Assembly: GCA_000092065.1 (NCBI GenBank)
Contig: CP000601.1
Reading direction: 5' to 3' (one strand)
Length of the DNA: 64,000 nucleotides
DNA from: Ostreococcus lucimarinus
Lineage: Eukaryota
Positions 1-10,339 of the stretch are shown in pieces. How positions within the stretch are numbered: the stretch's first letter is position 1; each line of letters begins with the position of its first letter. Under the pieces are notes generated by a model. The model worked only from the letters and a program-made list of their open reading frames with translations, searched no databases and had not been told where the DNA came from. The position numbers were made by a program, and so were the translations under genes.

Positions 1-55
1 GTCTCGACGCGCGCGCGCGCCTCTCGCGCGCCCGCGAGCGGCGTCGCGCGCGCGC

Positions 56-3000
56 ATGGTCGAACTCACGATCGTCCCGTCGTGGGACGGTAAGGGCGTC
101 ACCTGGCGCCCGATATTCGACGACGACGAGGAGGCTTTCGCGGCGTACACGCACGCGTGCGAGTACGCGAAGAGCGGACGCGGGAAGTGCGGGAAGTGCG
201 GGGAAAAGGTGCGGCGAATCGACGAATCGACGCGAAGAGAAGAGAAAAAAGACTGACGACGAGGGGTTCGGATCGGCGACGAAGATCGCGAAGGACGCGG
301 TGCGAATCGGGGAACCGCTCAAGTATCGCGGCGGCGATTACGGATGGATATCGAAGTGGATGCATCCGGAGTGTTATCGCGCGGAGGGAGTCACGAGGGA
401 GGAGCTGGAGACGCGCGTGCACGGGTTGGACGCGCTGAAGGATGGGGATCGGGAGGTGTTGCTGGCGACGGTGCTGTCGCCGGATCGGCCGGAGATCGAG
501 AACACGGCGTTGGACGTGACGAGCGAGGAGTTTTTGCGTCGGCCGGCGGTGGAACCGATGGAGGCGCCGCGGGCGTTGACGCGGCCGTTGTTGGGGTTTC
601 AGCGCGAGGGGTTGCGGTGGATGTGCGATAACGAGAGCGGCGATGCGAAGGGGGGGATATTGGCGGATGAGATGGGGATGGGGAAGACGATACAGTGCAT
701 ATCGATGTTGCTGGCGAGGAAGGAGGCGTGGATGCGAGACCGCGCCGAGGTGGGGGAGATGGTGACGGACGACGACAGACCGCCGCCGACGCTCGTGGTG
801 GTGCCGACGTCGGCGCTCGTTCAGTGGGAAGAAGAGATCAAATCGTGCGTCGAGGAAGGGTCGCTGCGCGTGTTTGTGTATTACGCTGATCGCGCAAACG
901 TCGTGGAAGGAGACTTTAAAGGATACGACGTCGTGTTGACGACGTATCCCGTCGTCGAAGCCGAGTGGCGGAAAATCATCAACCGACACTTGACGGCGTG
1001 TCAGTGGTGTGGGAAAAAGTACTTACCTCGCTCCATGGTGACGCACTTGAAGTACTTCTGTGGACCAGACGCCGTGCGCACGGAAAAACTCGCGCGGCGC
1101 GAGGTGACGCGCGACGTGGCGAACGAAAAAGCCATGCGCACGCTGAAAATCAAGCCGGGCAGCGCCAAGGACGTGAAGAAGGGGATTCCCACGATGGCGA
1201 ACGTATACAAGGAACTCATGGCGATGGCCGGACGGGAGACGCTGAGCATGTATGATGGCGCGCACAAGGCGCGCGCACGCGCGGCTTCAGGTCTCGCCCC
1301 GGGCGGCGACGTCGTCGTCGTCAAGGAGGAAGTTGAAGACGGCGTCGCCGAGCCGAGCGAAGTTCTGAAAGCTTTGATTTCGCAGCTTCCAGTGCCGACG
1401 ATTGTAGTTGAGAATATCAAAGAGGAGTCGATTGAGGAGAAAGAAAAAGAGGTCGAGTCAGTGAACGAGCCCGCCTTGGCTGACGCGTCAACGGCGGCGA
1501 TAGCGAGTACGGTGAAGAAGGCGCAGAAGCGCAAGTCGAAGGCTTCGGGTAAAGCGACTTCGACTTCGAGCGCAAAGAAAAAGAAGAAGAGTCTGCGCGA
1601 AGCTAGCGACGGCGAGGCTGAAAGTGATTACAAACCGGACAGTGATAGCGAAGATGATGAGATCATATTAGTCGACGATAGCGAGAGCGAAGATAGAAAG
1701 CCAAAGAAGAAACAGAAGAAAAAGAAAACGCCGGCGAAAACCGAGGAAGCGGACGACGTGAAGGCGTCCAACATCGACGACATTCCGCAAACCTCGCAAG
1801 GTGGTTCGCAAGGTGGGAGCCAGTTTGAAGACGAAGACGACGTAGATTTGTCGGATTCCCTTCTTCATCGCACGCAGTGGCACCGAATCGTTCTCGACGA
1901 AGCGCACAAGATCAAGGCGCGCACGAGCAACACCGCCAAGTGTATCTACGCTTTGAAATCCACGTATAAGTGGTGTTTGACAGGTACACCGTTGCAGAAT
2001 CGAATCGGCGATCTTTACAGCTTGGTGAGATTTTTGCGTATGGATCCGTACGCGTTTTACTTTTGTTCGACGAAGGGTTGCGAGTGCAAAACGCTCACCT
2101 GGAACTTCGGTCCTCAGGCGCGATTTTGTACCAACTGCGGATGCGGCGCTCCTAGGCATTATTCGCATTTCAATCGCACCGTGCTAAACCCGATCAACCG
2201 TTATGGCTACATCGGTGACGGCAAGAAAGCGATGCTGACTCTTAGAAATGACATTTTGTTGCCGATGCAACTTCGCCGGACCAAGGCGGAACGCGCCGAG
2301 GACGTGCGACTGCCGGACTTGAAGATTATCATTCAAGAAAACACATTCAATGAGGTTGAACAAGACTTTTACGAGTCTCTGTACATGCTGACGCGCTCGA
2401 AGTTCGACGCGTTCGTGAAGAAAGGGAGCGTTTTGCACAACTACGCACACGTCTTCGAGCTCCTCGCACGACTGCGACAAGCGTGCGATCATCCGTACTT
2501 GGTGATTCATTCGAAGAGTGCGAACGTGAAAAAAGACGCCCCTGACGCGCCGAAAGTTGAATCCCCGGCAGACACCGACGTTCCGAAGCATTATTGTGGC
2601 ATGTGTCAGGACGAAATTGAGGAAGAAGACGCGGCTCTGGCGAATTGCAAACACATTTTCCATCGTGAGTGCATCATGCAATACGCGTCTTGTGCGCCTG
2701 CGGATGGCAAAAAAGTGACTTGTCCCGTCTGTCGCACGGCGTTGACGATTGACTTCTCTCCAGAAAGTCTCGAAAACGTCAAGAGTGCCATTAGTCGTAA
2801 TTTCAAGGATGCGCTACCAGACAAGTCAATTCTCAACAAGCTCGATCTCACGCAGTACACGTCGAGCACAAAGGTTGAGACGCTCGTTAACGCTCTGCGA
2901 GACATGCGTAATCAAGAAAATGGGCACTTAAACAAAGCCATCGTGTTTTCGCAGTACACAGCCATGATAGAAATCGTCGAATGGCGTTTGAAAAAGGCCA

Positions 3001-3392
3001 AGTTTACCATCGCCAAGCTTCTCGGTTCCATGCCGGTCACGCAACGCGCGGCGAATTTGCAAGCTTTCCGAGAAGATCCAAACGTCAGCGTGATCTTGAT
3101 GAGTCTCAAATCTGGCGGTGAAGGACTCAACTTGCAAGCGGCGAATTACGTATACGTTCTTGAGCCATGGTGGAACCCAGCGGTGGAAATGCAAGCCGTG
3201 ATGCGCGCACATCGCATCGGGCAGCTTCGACCGGTGACCGCTGTTCGATTTTCGACCAAAGGCACGATTGAAGAACGCATGATGGAGCTTCAAGAAAAGA
3301 AGCAGCTTGTGTTCGAAGGGTGTATGGACGGCAATCAAGCCGCGCTTTCTCAACTGACTGCCGAAGACTTGCAATTTTTGTTCAAGCGATGA
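56..3392 (+). CDS. SNF2-family DNA-dependent ATPase with C3HC4 RING finger (Rad16/Rad5 class), fused to an N-terminal PARP-type zinc finger. Predicted 2 exons, 56..208 and 294..3392. The gene may start upstream of the window, because frame 2 is open from base 2.
   Basis: Helicase motif I is GILADEMGMGKT, motif II is DEAHKIK and motif III is LTGTPLQN. A Cys cluster (CSTKGCECK...CTNCGCG) is inserted between the helicase lobes. The RING is CGMCQDE...CKHIFHRECI...CPVCRTAL. The C-terminal helicase lobe is LKSGGEGLNLQAANYVYVLEPWWNP...QAVMRAHRIGQ. The upstream ORF 56..256 encodes ACEYAKSGRGKCGKCGEK, the first half of a zf-PARP. Its second half (RIGEPLKYRGGDYGWISKWMHPECY) lies in the main ORF frame. 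Confidence 0.75.
209..293 (+). other. Predicted spliceosomal intron (85 nt, phase 0) joining the two halves of the zf-PARP
   Basis: Donor is AAG|GTGCGGCGA at 209. Branch is GACTGACGACGAGGG at 251-265. Acceptor is GCGAAG| at 292-293. Splicing gives CGKCGEK|DAVRIGEPLKY...WMHPEC, i.e. C-x2-C-x26-H-x2-C. The frame-2 stop TGA lies inside the branch motif. Confidence 0.55.
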
Positions 3393-3477
3393 CGATGATG
3401 TATGGTATAATGACAAATTTGACCTATGTAGCTAAAACGCTGTAACGCTGTGATGTGAGCACTTTCTGTCATGGCTC

Positions 3478-5973
3478 TTAAAAATCCTTGAAAATCTCGT
3501 TCGCACGATTCATAGACGCATCCGTCGGTCCTCTCGCCGAATCCATTTCAGTTGCGAGCAACGATTCCCGTTCGATCTCGATAAGACGTTCGCGCTGAAT
3601 TTCTAAAAACTGCCGCGAAAGCGTCAGCGGCTTGGGCGTGTACTCGCCACTCTCTAGCAGCGCCCAGTCAAACTTGGCGAACCAAGGGTGTCTCTTAATC
3701 TGACTGACCCCGCCTTGCATGTTTCCGAGCCTTTTCGCCGAGTTTCGCTGCAAGAGCTGAGAAATAAAATTGCACGCCTCGTCGGTGGCGTACGTGGGGT
3801 ATTGCACCTCGTACGACATGTCCACGATTCGCCGCATCACTTTCAATGGATCGTCTTTTTGGGACGGATCCTTTGATATCGTGAACGGCTGTTGTCCCGT
3901 TATTGTGACGTACGTCAAAACACCCAGCGCCCACCAATCGACGGCGTAGCCGTATCCCGTGGACAGCACAATTTCTGGCGCCACGTACCCAGGGGTGCCG
4001 CAAAACGTAAACGCGCGTTCGCCGACGTCAAGTTTCTTCGCGTAGCCAAAATCTCCGAGCTTACATTTGCCGTTGAGCGCAAGCAATACATTCTCTGGCT
4101 TCAAGTCGCGATAGATGATTTGGTTGCCGTGCAGATACTCGAACGCGAGAATAACCATGGCGGTGTAGTATCGCGCCGTGTCTTCGCTGATGCCAATCTG
4201 CGTGGGCACGTGGCGAATCTCACCATCGATTTGTGTCGGAATTAACTTCACTTGCACCGCGCTCGCAAGCATGTCCATCAAGTCACACCCATCCATGATG
4301 TCGAAAAGCATGTACAGATGATTCCTGTCTTGGAAACTGGCGTGCTGACACATCAACGAAAAGTGGCTGATTTCGCTCGTGACTTCCTTTTCGCAGAAAA
4401 TGTGCGACGGACTCTCCATCACGGCACGCTTACGCACGCGCTTGAGCGCGAAGGCGCGCGGTGACGACACATTCATACCTTCTTGAATAACGCGATACAC
4501 GTGCCCACCAGTGCCTCCACCGAGCATTTCCTTCTCCACTAAATCGATCGACCCCAACTCCCGATTGACGTCCGTGGCGAACGACCTCGGGTTTACTGAG
4601 CCGTACATGCTAATGTTCACCTTCTTTCCTCCCACGCGCGCGCTACCTAACAGGCGAATTCGGGCGGAGCGCCACGACTTTTCACCCTTGAGCTGCCGCA
4701 TGCGATTACGAATGACTTCTCGAGACTTTTCTCGAAGTAAATCTTCGCGCACGGATGACAGCTTCTCGAGGAACACGTCTCGATTGACGACGTAACACAC
4801 CAGAGGAGTTTCCACGCATCGCACGGTGTACTCTCGCGGTTCATCACCGCGAATGATCTCGGAAGCACCAAAAAAGTCGTGTCGAAACAAGTGATTCACC
4901 GTGCGCGGTTCACCCGTGTCCGGGTCGAGCTTGGAAACTTGCGCTCGCCCCGAATTGACGAGGTAAAATTTACCGTCGCACGCTTCGCCTTCGGTAATAA
5001 CGTCCGTGTACGGGTCGAACGAGACCGTCTCCAAGGCATCCGCGAACGACTTCCGCGTGTCGATCGGTAAAGCGCTGAGCACGGGAACTTGTTCGAGGAA
5101 TAAATTCTTCGCGAGCGTCGTCGCCTCGACGCTGTGCTTGACCTCCCTCTTGAAGACTTGTTGCGTGCACACCCAAACCTGCGACCGCGTCTTCGCCCGC
5201 ACCGTCGCCGAGCGCGGCACGCTATAAAGTAAAGCTAACTCGCCGATGATATCGCCTTTCGTGCGCGTGAGGACGCTGATATCGGCGCCGAGCCGATTTT
5301 GCAGCACGTCGAATTCGCCTCCGGCGATGAGATACAACGCGTCGCCCGGTTCGTCCTCCTCCATCAAAATCGTCCCCTCCGGCACGTTGATGAAGAACAT
5401 TTCGCTCGCCACGCGTCGCCTGACGTTCGCATCGAGCTCAGAAAACGTAAACGTCTGCGACAGCGCCTCGCACAGCGGTTCCAATTCGCTCTTCGTCGCT
5501 CTCCGTCGCTTCGCCAGCATCTTCGCGTTCAGCTTCACGAAATACGTCAGCTCCGCCGATCCCGCGTCGCCGACGAACTCATCGTCTCCTCCGTTCGCGT
5601 TCGCCGTCGCCTCTTCCCCCGACGCGAGCGATCCCTGACTCGCGCGCAGCGCGTAGTCGACGCTCTGCCGCCTCGCCTTCGCCTCGCCCGCCGACGCCGA
5701 CGCCGACGTCGACGCCGACGCCGTCGACGTCGCGCGCGCGCGCGTCCCGTCCGACGTCCGACCCGCGTCGGCGTCGCTCGCGCTCGTCGACCCATCGCTC
5801 GCGTCGCGTCGCGCGTCCTCGTCGTCCGACGCCGCGTCCCGCGCGCCGAAGCAGCATCCGACGCGCGCGCGCGCGCGCGCCGTCGGTCGCGCGCGTCCGC
5901 GCGCGCGCGCGTCCGACGACGAGTCCGTCGCGCGGCGCGATCGCATGCGCGCGGTGTCGACCTCGTCCGCCAT
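3478..5973 (-). CDS. cGMP-dependent protein kinase-like protein: two cyclic-nucleotide-binding domains plus an AGC Ser/Thr kinase domain. It has a long Ala/Ser/Arg/Asp-rich N-terminal region, so the true start is uncertain.
   Basis: The cNMP-binding motifs are GDALYLIAGGEFDV and FGELALLYSVPRSATVRA, with a second domain at FGASEII. Kinase motifs are YRDLKPENVLL, GDFGYAKK and GTPGYVAPE. An AGC C-terminal tail follows (HPWFAKFDWALL). Confidence 0.75.
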   Translation of the reverse strand: MADEVDTARMRSRRATDSSSDARARGRARPTARARARVGCCFGARDAASDDEDARRDASDGSTSASDADAGRTSDGTRARATSTASASTSASASAGEAKARRQSVDYALRASQGSLASGEEATANANGGDDEFVGDAGSAELTYFVKLNAKMLAKRRRATKSELEPLCEALSQTFTFSELDANVRRRVASEMFFINVPEGTILMEEDEPGDALYLIAGGEFDVLQNRLGADISVLTRTKGDIIGELALLYSVPRSATVRAKTRSQVWVCTQQVFKREVKHSVEATTLAKNLFLEQVPVLSALPIDTRKSFADALETVSFDPYTDVITEGEACDGKFYLVNSGRAQVSKLDPDTGEPRTVNHLFRHDFFGASEIIRGDEPREYTVRCVETPLVCYVVNRDVFLEKLSSVREDLLREKSREVIRNRMRQLKGEKSWRSARIRLLGSARVGGKKVNISMYGSVNPRSFATDVNRELGSIDLVEKEMLGGGTGGHVYRVIQEGMNVSSPRAFALKRVRKRAVMESPSHIFCEKEVTSEISHFSLMCQHASFQDRNHLYMLFDIMDGCDLMDMLASAVQVKLIPTQIDGEIRHVPTQIGISEDTARYYTAMVILAFEYLHGNQIIYRDLKPENVLLALNGKCKLGDFGYAKKLDVGERAFTFCGTPGYVAPEIVLSTGYGYAVDWWALGVLTYVTITGQQPFTISKDPSQKDDPLKVMRRIVDMSYEVQYPTYATDEACNFISQLLQRNSAKRLGNMQGGVSQIKRHPWFAKFDWALLESGEYTPKPLTLSRQFLEIQRERLIEIERESLLATEMDSARGPTDASMNRANEIFKDF

Positions 5974-6180
5974 CGCGCGCGCGCCGCGGGAAGTGCCGAC
6001 GGACGCGCGGCGTCACATCGCCGCGCCGACGCGCGCCGAGTCGCGCCGCGAGCGCGCCGCGCGTCGGAGCGACGCGCGCGCGACGCGCGCGCGTCGCGCG
6101 TCGACGCGCGTCCGCCGCGAGCGTCGAGCGACGCTCGGAAGCGACGCGAATTCGGGTTGGGATTCGGCGGCGGCGGTGCG

Positions 6181-9100
6181 ATGGCGATTCGACGCGCGTG
6201 CGGCGCGCCGCCGCGCGCGACGGGCGCCGCGCGCGCGCGCGGGACGCGGACGATGGTCGCGCGACGCGCGATCGTGCCGGACAGGGACGACGGCGCGCGC
6301 GCGCGGGATGAGACGCGAGGAGAGACGCGCGCGGGACGAGGGCGCGAGCGCGGCGCGAGCGAGGGCGAACGCGAACGCGAACGCGCGCGGAGGGAATACA
6401 GGGCGTACCGCGCGCGACGGACGGACGTCGGGATGGACGCGCGCGCGGGGGAAGGGACGTCGACGTCGTACGGGACGGATGGCGCGGACGCGGACGCGGA
6501 GGCGGCGGCGAGGCGGGGACACGCGGAGGCGCTGCGCGCCGGGGACGTCGACGGTGCGGTGAAGGCGCTGGCGACGCTGGCGAGGCGGGGGGAAGGGGAC
6601 GCGCGGATGACGCGCGCGGTGGTGTCGAAAGCGATGGCGAAATCGCTCGCGAAATCGCATAAGGGGTTCATGAAGCTGTGCGTGAAGACGTACAGGATGG
6701 ACGCGGCGCTGCGGTACGCGCGTCTCTTCGACGCGCGCGATCGCGATTTCGCGCGCGGGAAGGATTTGTATTGCACGGTGATTTATCTGTGCGGTCGCGA
6801 GGAGGGGTCGAATCAGTGGAACATCGCGCGAGAGGCGTTTGAGCTTCGACGAGACGAAGCGGGGTTGGAGCCGGATCCGTACGCGTACAGCGCGCTCGTG
6901 TGCGCGGCGGGACGGTGCGGAAAGGCTAGGACGGCGCGAGAGGTGTTCGAGGAAGCGAATGCGGTCAATGCGGTGGATACGGTGGTGTACAACGCGTACA
7001 TAGACGTGTGTGCGCACGGGGGTGATTACGACGGCGCGAGGGCGACGCTCGAGCGCATGAAGACGACGCCGAATTGCGCGCCGAATATTCGTTCGTACAA
7101 CGGCGTCATATCCGCGGCGACGCGCAAAAAGCACTTCCCGGGCGCGATGTGGGCTTGGGAAGAGATCGAGACGGCGAATTTACAGCCAACCATGATCACA
7201 TACGGCGCCATGCTCGCCGCGGGCGCGGCGGCGGACGACGTCGACGTGCGTTGGTCGGAGGACTTGTTCGCTCAAGCGTTGGAATCTGGCGCGTGTGGCA
7301 ACGCAGGGAACGATCACATGGTGACTTCTATGCTCCAGACGTATGCTCGCGGCGTCGCGCTCGAGCAAATCGAGCGTGATGTCGCGATGGAACGCGGAGA
7401 GAGCGTCGTGCAAGCGCTCATAGAGGACGCGCAGTGGGACGAACGGCGCGCCGAGTCAACGCCCAACGGACGCGTCTGGTCGGCGTTGATAACGCTTTGC
7501 GCTCGATGTGGGCGCGCCGCGCGCGCGATCGAAGTGCTCAAGATTATGATTTCTACTCGCTCGCATCGTGTGGGACACGAATGGTTGCACTTGACGTACG
7601 CCTTGACGTCCGCGCTCGAAGCGTCGAAGGAGGGCATCGAGTACTTTGCCCGCGTGCAGCGCGAAATCGAACAGAGCCCGGCGATGGTTCGAGACTGCAC
7701 GGGCGTTCGCAACGGCTTAATCGCCACACATTTGCACTTTGGTGATTTCAAGAGTGCGTTTAAAGTCTACGACGACTTCAAAAACGATATTTTCAAGTAC
7801 CGCAAGGCGCACGAAGAGAATTGGAACGCGCGCGCGCGGAGAGGGTTGGAACGTCAACTTCCAGATACGATTACGTACAACTCCCTCATCTACGCGTGCG
7901 CTGATGACGACGTCAAGGCCATGGGACTGTATCACGACATGGTCTCGAACGGAATCAATCCTACAGTGCGAACGTACGTCGCGCTCATCGTCGCCTTGAG
8001 CCGATCAAAGCGTGGAAGTAAAGTCACCGAGGCGGAAAAAATATTCAAAGCCGCCATCGACGACGGCGTGACGCCGAACGAGTTTTTGTTCACCGCGCTC
8101 ATGGACGCTCAGGTCAAAGGCAACCGGCCGTTATCTGCGTTTGAAACGTACGCGCGCATGATTGAAGCTGATGTCAACTGCACGACTGTGACTTTCGGGT
8201 GCGCACTGCAAGCGTGCTGTTACGTCGAGGATGTCGAGGAGAGCGTCGAGCGCGCGTACTCGGTGCTTCGTGATATGACGGAGCGTGACGTCCAGATGAA
8301 CGACTGGTGCTCTAACACGTTCTTGCGCGTCATATCACGCGCCGGTCGCATTGAAGAAATGCTCGAAGAAGTGAAAAAGACGGTTCGTCGTAAAGGCAAG
8401 CTCGAACAAGAGACGCTTGAAGCCATCATTCGGGCCTTGTGTTCGGCGGGTTACGTCGAGCGCGCCAATCGCTTCATCTCTATGATGAACTCGCGTAACT
8501 TGGAACCGCGTGAGCAAACGTTCAAGGAGTTCATCGTCGCGAGTAGTCGCGATGGATTCGTCGATTGGGCTTGGGAGTCGTACAAACGTTTCACACGTTT
8601 AGGACACAAACTCGACGCGGGCACGCGGTCGGCGCTAGTCACCGTCTTGAGCGTCGCTTCGACGAGCCCGGACCCCGACGATGCGGAACTCTTGCTCGCT
8701 CGCGCGATCGGCGTCTTCGAAGCCGCGTTTAAACGCGCGGATGAAGACAATGGGCCACAAGTCTTGGACGTCATCGACGCCGAAGCGCGATGCGCGCTCA
8801 TAGTCGCCATGGCGCGAAGCGAAAAACTTGACCGAGCATTGGATATCTGGCGCGACTCCCCAAAGGCTCAATCATTTTCCAAGGCGCGTAAGCACACTTC
8901 GAGTGAAGGGAACGATTACATCGGCGATGTGCGCGCCATGTATGAGTGCCTCATCGAAGTGTGCTGTCACGAAGATCGCATCGACGACGCGCTGGAGGTG
9001 TTCGATCACTTGAAGGACGCCGGCGTGCGCGTCAGTACGGTGACGCTCGCGTTTTTGGAATCATCGTGCCGCCGATGTCGCGTGGAGGAATGGCGAATGT

Positions 9101-9276
9101 TTGACGTGTGCGCACAAATGCGCGCGCAAGTGGAACAAAAAAACGAAGGTCGCCTGGCGAAGCCGACGAAGATGAGCCACCACGTGCGCGACGACGGCAA
9201 CATCGCGAGCGAACTCGCCACGGATGGACTGGGGGGCGAACAAAAGACGTCGGCGTGGCGCAAAAACGTCGATTGA
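6181..9276 (+). CDS. Pentatricopeptide-repeat (PPR) protein, probably organelle-targeted. The start is uncertain; in-frame Met codons lie at 6181, 6253 and 6433.
   Basis: Tandem ~35-aa PPR units are present, e.g. YSALVCAAGRCGKARTAREVFEEA, VVYNAYIDVCAHGGDYDGARATLERM, SYNGVISAATRKKHFPGAMWAWEEI, ITYGAMLAAG and TYNSLIYACADDD. The N-terminus is Arg/Ala-rich. The region before 6181 in the long ORF (from 5299) overlaps the kinase gene antisense and is low-complexity. Confidence 0.7.
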   Translation: MAIRRACGAPPRATGAARARGTRTMVARRAIVPDRDDGARARDETRGETRAGRGRERGASEGERERERARREYRAYRARRTDVGMDARAGEGTSTSYGTDGADADAEAAARRGHAEALRAGDVDGAVKALATLARRGEGDARMTRAVVSKAMAKSLAKSHKGFMKLCVKTYRMDAALRYARLFDARDRDFARGKDLYCTVIYLCGREEGSNQWNIAREAFELRRDEAGLEPDPYAYSALVCAAGRCGKARTAREVFEEANAVNAVDTVVYNAYIDVCAHGGDYDGARATLERMKTTPNCAPNIRSYNGVISAATRKKHFPGAMWAWEEIETANLQPTMITYGAMLAAGAAADDVDVRWSEDLFAQALESGACGNAGNDHMVTSMLQTYARGVALEQIERDVAMERGESVVQALIEDAQWDERRAESTPNGRVWSALITLCARCGRAARAIEVLKIMISTRSHRVGHEWLHLTYALTSALEASKEGIEYFARVQREIEQSPAMVRDCTGVRNGLIATHLHFGDFKSAFKVYDDFKNDIFKYRKAHEENWNARARRGLERQLPDTITYNSLIYACADDDVKAMGLYHDMVSNGINPTVRTYVALIVALSRSKRGSKVTEAEKIFKAAIDDGVTPNEFLFTALMDAQVKGNRPLSAFETYARMIEADVNCTTVTFGCALQACCYVEDVEESVERAYSVLRDMTERDVQMNDWCSNTFLRVISRAGRIEEMLEEVKKTVRRKGKLEQETLEAIIRALCSAGYVERANRFISMMNSRNLEPREQTFKEFIVASSRDGFVDWAWESYKRFTRLGHKLDAGTRSALVTVLSVASTSPDPDDAELLLARAIGVFEAAFKRADEDNGPQVLDVIDAEARCALIVAMARSEKLDRALDIWRDSPKAQSFSKARKHTSSEGNDYIGDVRAMYECLIEVCCHEDRIDDALEVFDHLKDAGVRVSTVTLAFLESSCRRCRVEEWRMFDVCAQMRAQVEQKNEGRLAKPTKMSHHVRDDGNIASELATDGLGGEQKTSAWRKNVD

Positions 9277-9380
9277 TACACTACATTTACAAGCACCGCA
9301 CGCCGCGCTGCATTTGCTACCACTACTACTGCATTGCTAATTTTTTTCTCTTGTACCAAATACATCGCAAGCACATTTCT

Positions 9381-10283
9381 TTACTCGTACGTCTGCGCGT
9401 ACTTTTCCTGCAAGTAATCGCCGAAGCGAATCGGCGCGTATTTCGCCGCCTCGCCGTCACCCACACACACCGGTTCAATCACGGCGTCGTAACTCGGCTC
9501 GAAGAAAAACGGTATCGAAAACCGTTCGCGCTCGCCCGTCGTCATCACGCGGTGTCGCGTGGAAGCGAACCGTCCGTTGGACCATCTCTCCAGCAAGTCC
9601 CCGACGTTCAACACGAAATGATCCGGAGGCGGCGTCACCGGCACCCACGTCTCTGTCTCTCGGTCGTAAATCTCCAACCCCGTCGAGCCGTCGTTCTCCA
9701 CCGCCAAAATCGTCAAGGCGCCGTAATCCGTGTGCGCGCCGCAGGCGAATTGGCCTTCGCCTTCGTCGCTCCTCGACGCCGAGTACTTTAAAAACCTCAG
9801 CACGCAATTATGCGACGACGCCGACCAATGCGCGTCAAAGTACGCGTCGTTCACGCCGCACGCGCGCGCCAACGCGGGCAACAGCCGTTTCCCGAGCGCG
9901 TACATCGATTCGTAATACGTCGTCGCCGCGTCTTCGAACGCCGCGCTGGGCCATCGATTCTTCGCGCGTTCCCGCACGACGTAAAACCCCTCCTTACTGT
10001 CGCCGACGCTCGAACTCGACGGGTCTAACTTTTCGGACGCGAACGCGGTGTACCCGATCCCCGGCGCGTCGCCCGTCAGCGCGCGCTTCCTCGTCTCGTC
10101 GCTCGAGTCGAAGAACGTCCTGCTCTCCGCGAAACACTTTCGAACGATCTCCGGCTCGGGCAGCGCGCCCTCGTGCGCGACGAACGCGAATCCGCGTCGA
10201 GCGAAATCGTCCGACGCGAACGCGTCCGTCAAACCGCGCGCGGAGCCGTCGCGCGCGAGATTGATGGTTGGAATGCGCGTCAT
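9381..10283 (-). CDS. 2-oxoglutarate/Fe(II)-dependent dioxygenase family protein
   Basis: HxD...H motif GAHTDYGALTIL, with WSNGRFASTRHRV and FSIPFFFEPSYDAV (2OG-FeII_Oxy fold). The ORF is compact at 300 aa. Confidence 0.75.
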   Translation of the reverse strand: MTRIPTINLARDGSARGLTDAFASDDFARRGFAFVAHEGALPEPEIVRKCFAESRTFFDSSDETRKRALTGDAPGIGYTAFASEKLDPSSSSVGDSKEGFYVVRERAKNRWPSAAFEDAATTYYESMYALGKRLLPALARACGVNDAYFDAHWSASSHNCVLRFLKYSASRSDEGEGQFACGAHTDYGALTILAVENDGSTGLEIYDRETETWVPVTPPPDHFVLNVGDLLERWSNGRFASTRHRVMTTGERERFSIPFFFEPSYDAVIEPVCVGDGEAAKYAPIRFGDYLQEKYAQTYE

Positions 10284-10339
10284 GAAGTGTCGTCACGTCG
10301 CGCGTCGCGTCGCCGCACACGCGCGCGCGGTCGCGGTCG

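Noticed and set aside
99-989. 296-aa minus-strand ORF (Arg/His/Pro-rich) overlapping the SNF2 gene
   Set aside because: It is antisense to a well-supported conserved CDS and its composition is the mirror of GCG/CGC-rich codons. It has no domain. This is a typical high-GC shadow ORF.
5299-6180. 5' ~880 nt of the 1325-aa ORF 5299..9276 (polyArg, RRRRRRRRRRRRRRRR)
   Set aside because: It overlaps the kinase CDS on the opposite strand and is pure low-complexity. The PPR repeats begin much later, so the start is moved to an in-frame ATG at 6181.
6189-6196. Donor-like GCGC|GTGCGGCG just after the candidate PPR start MAIRRA
   Set aside because: No ACTGAC branch motif or plausible acceptor lies within 300 nt downstream, so I treat it as coding sequence rather than an intron.
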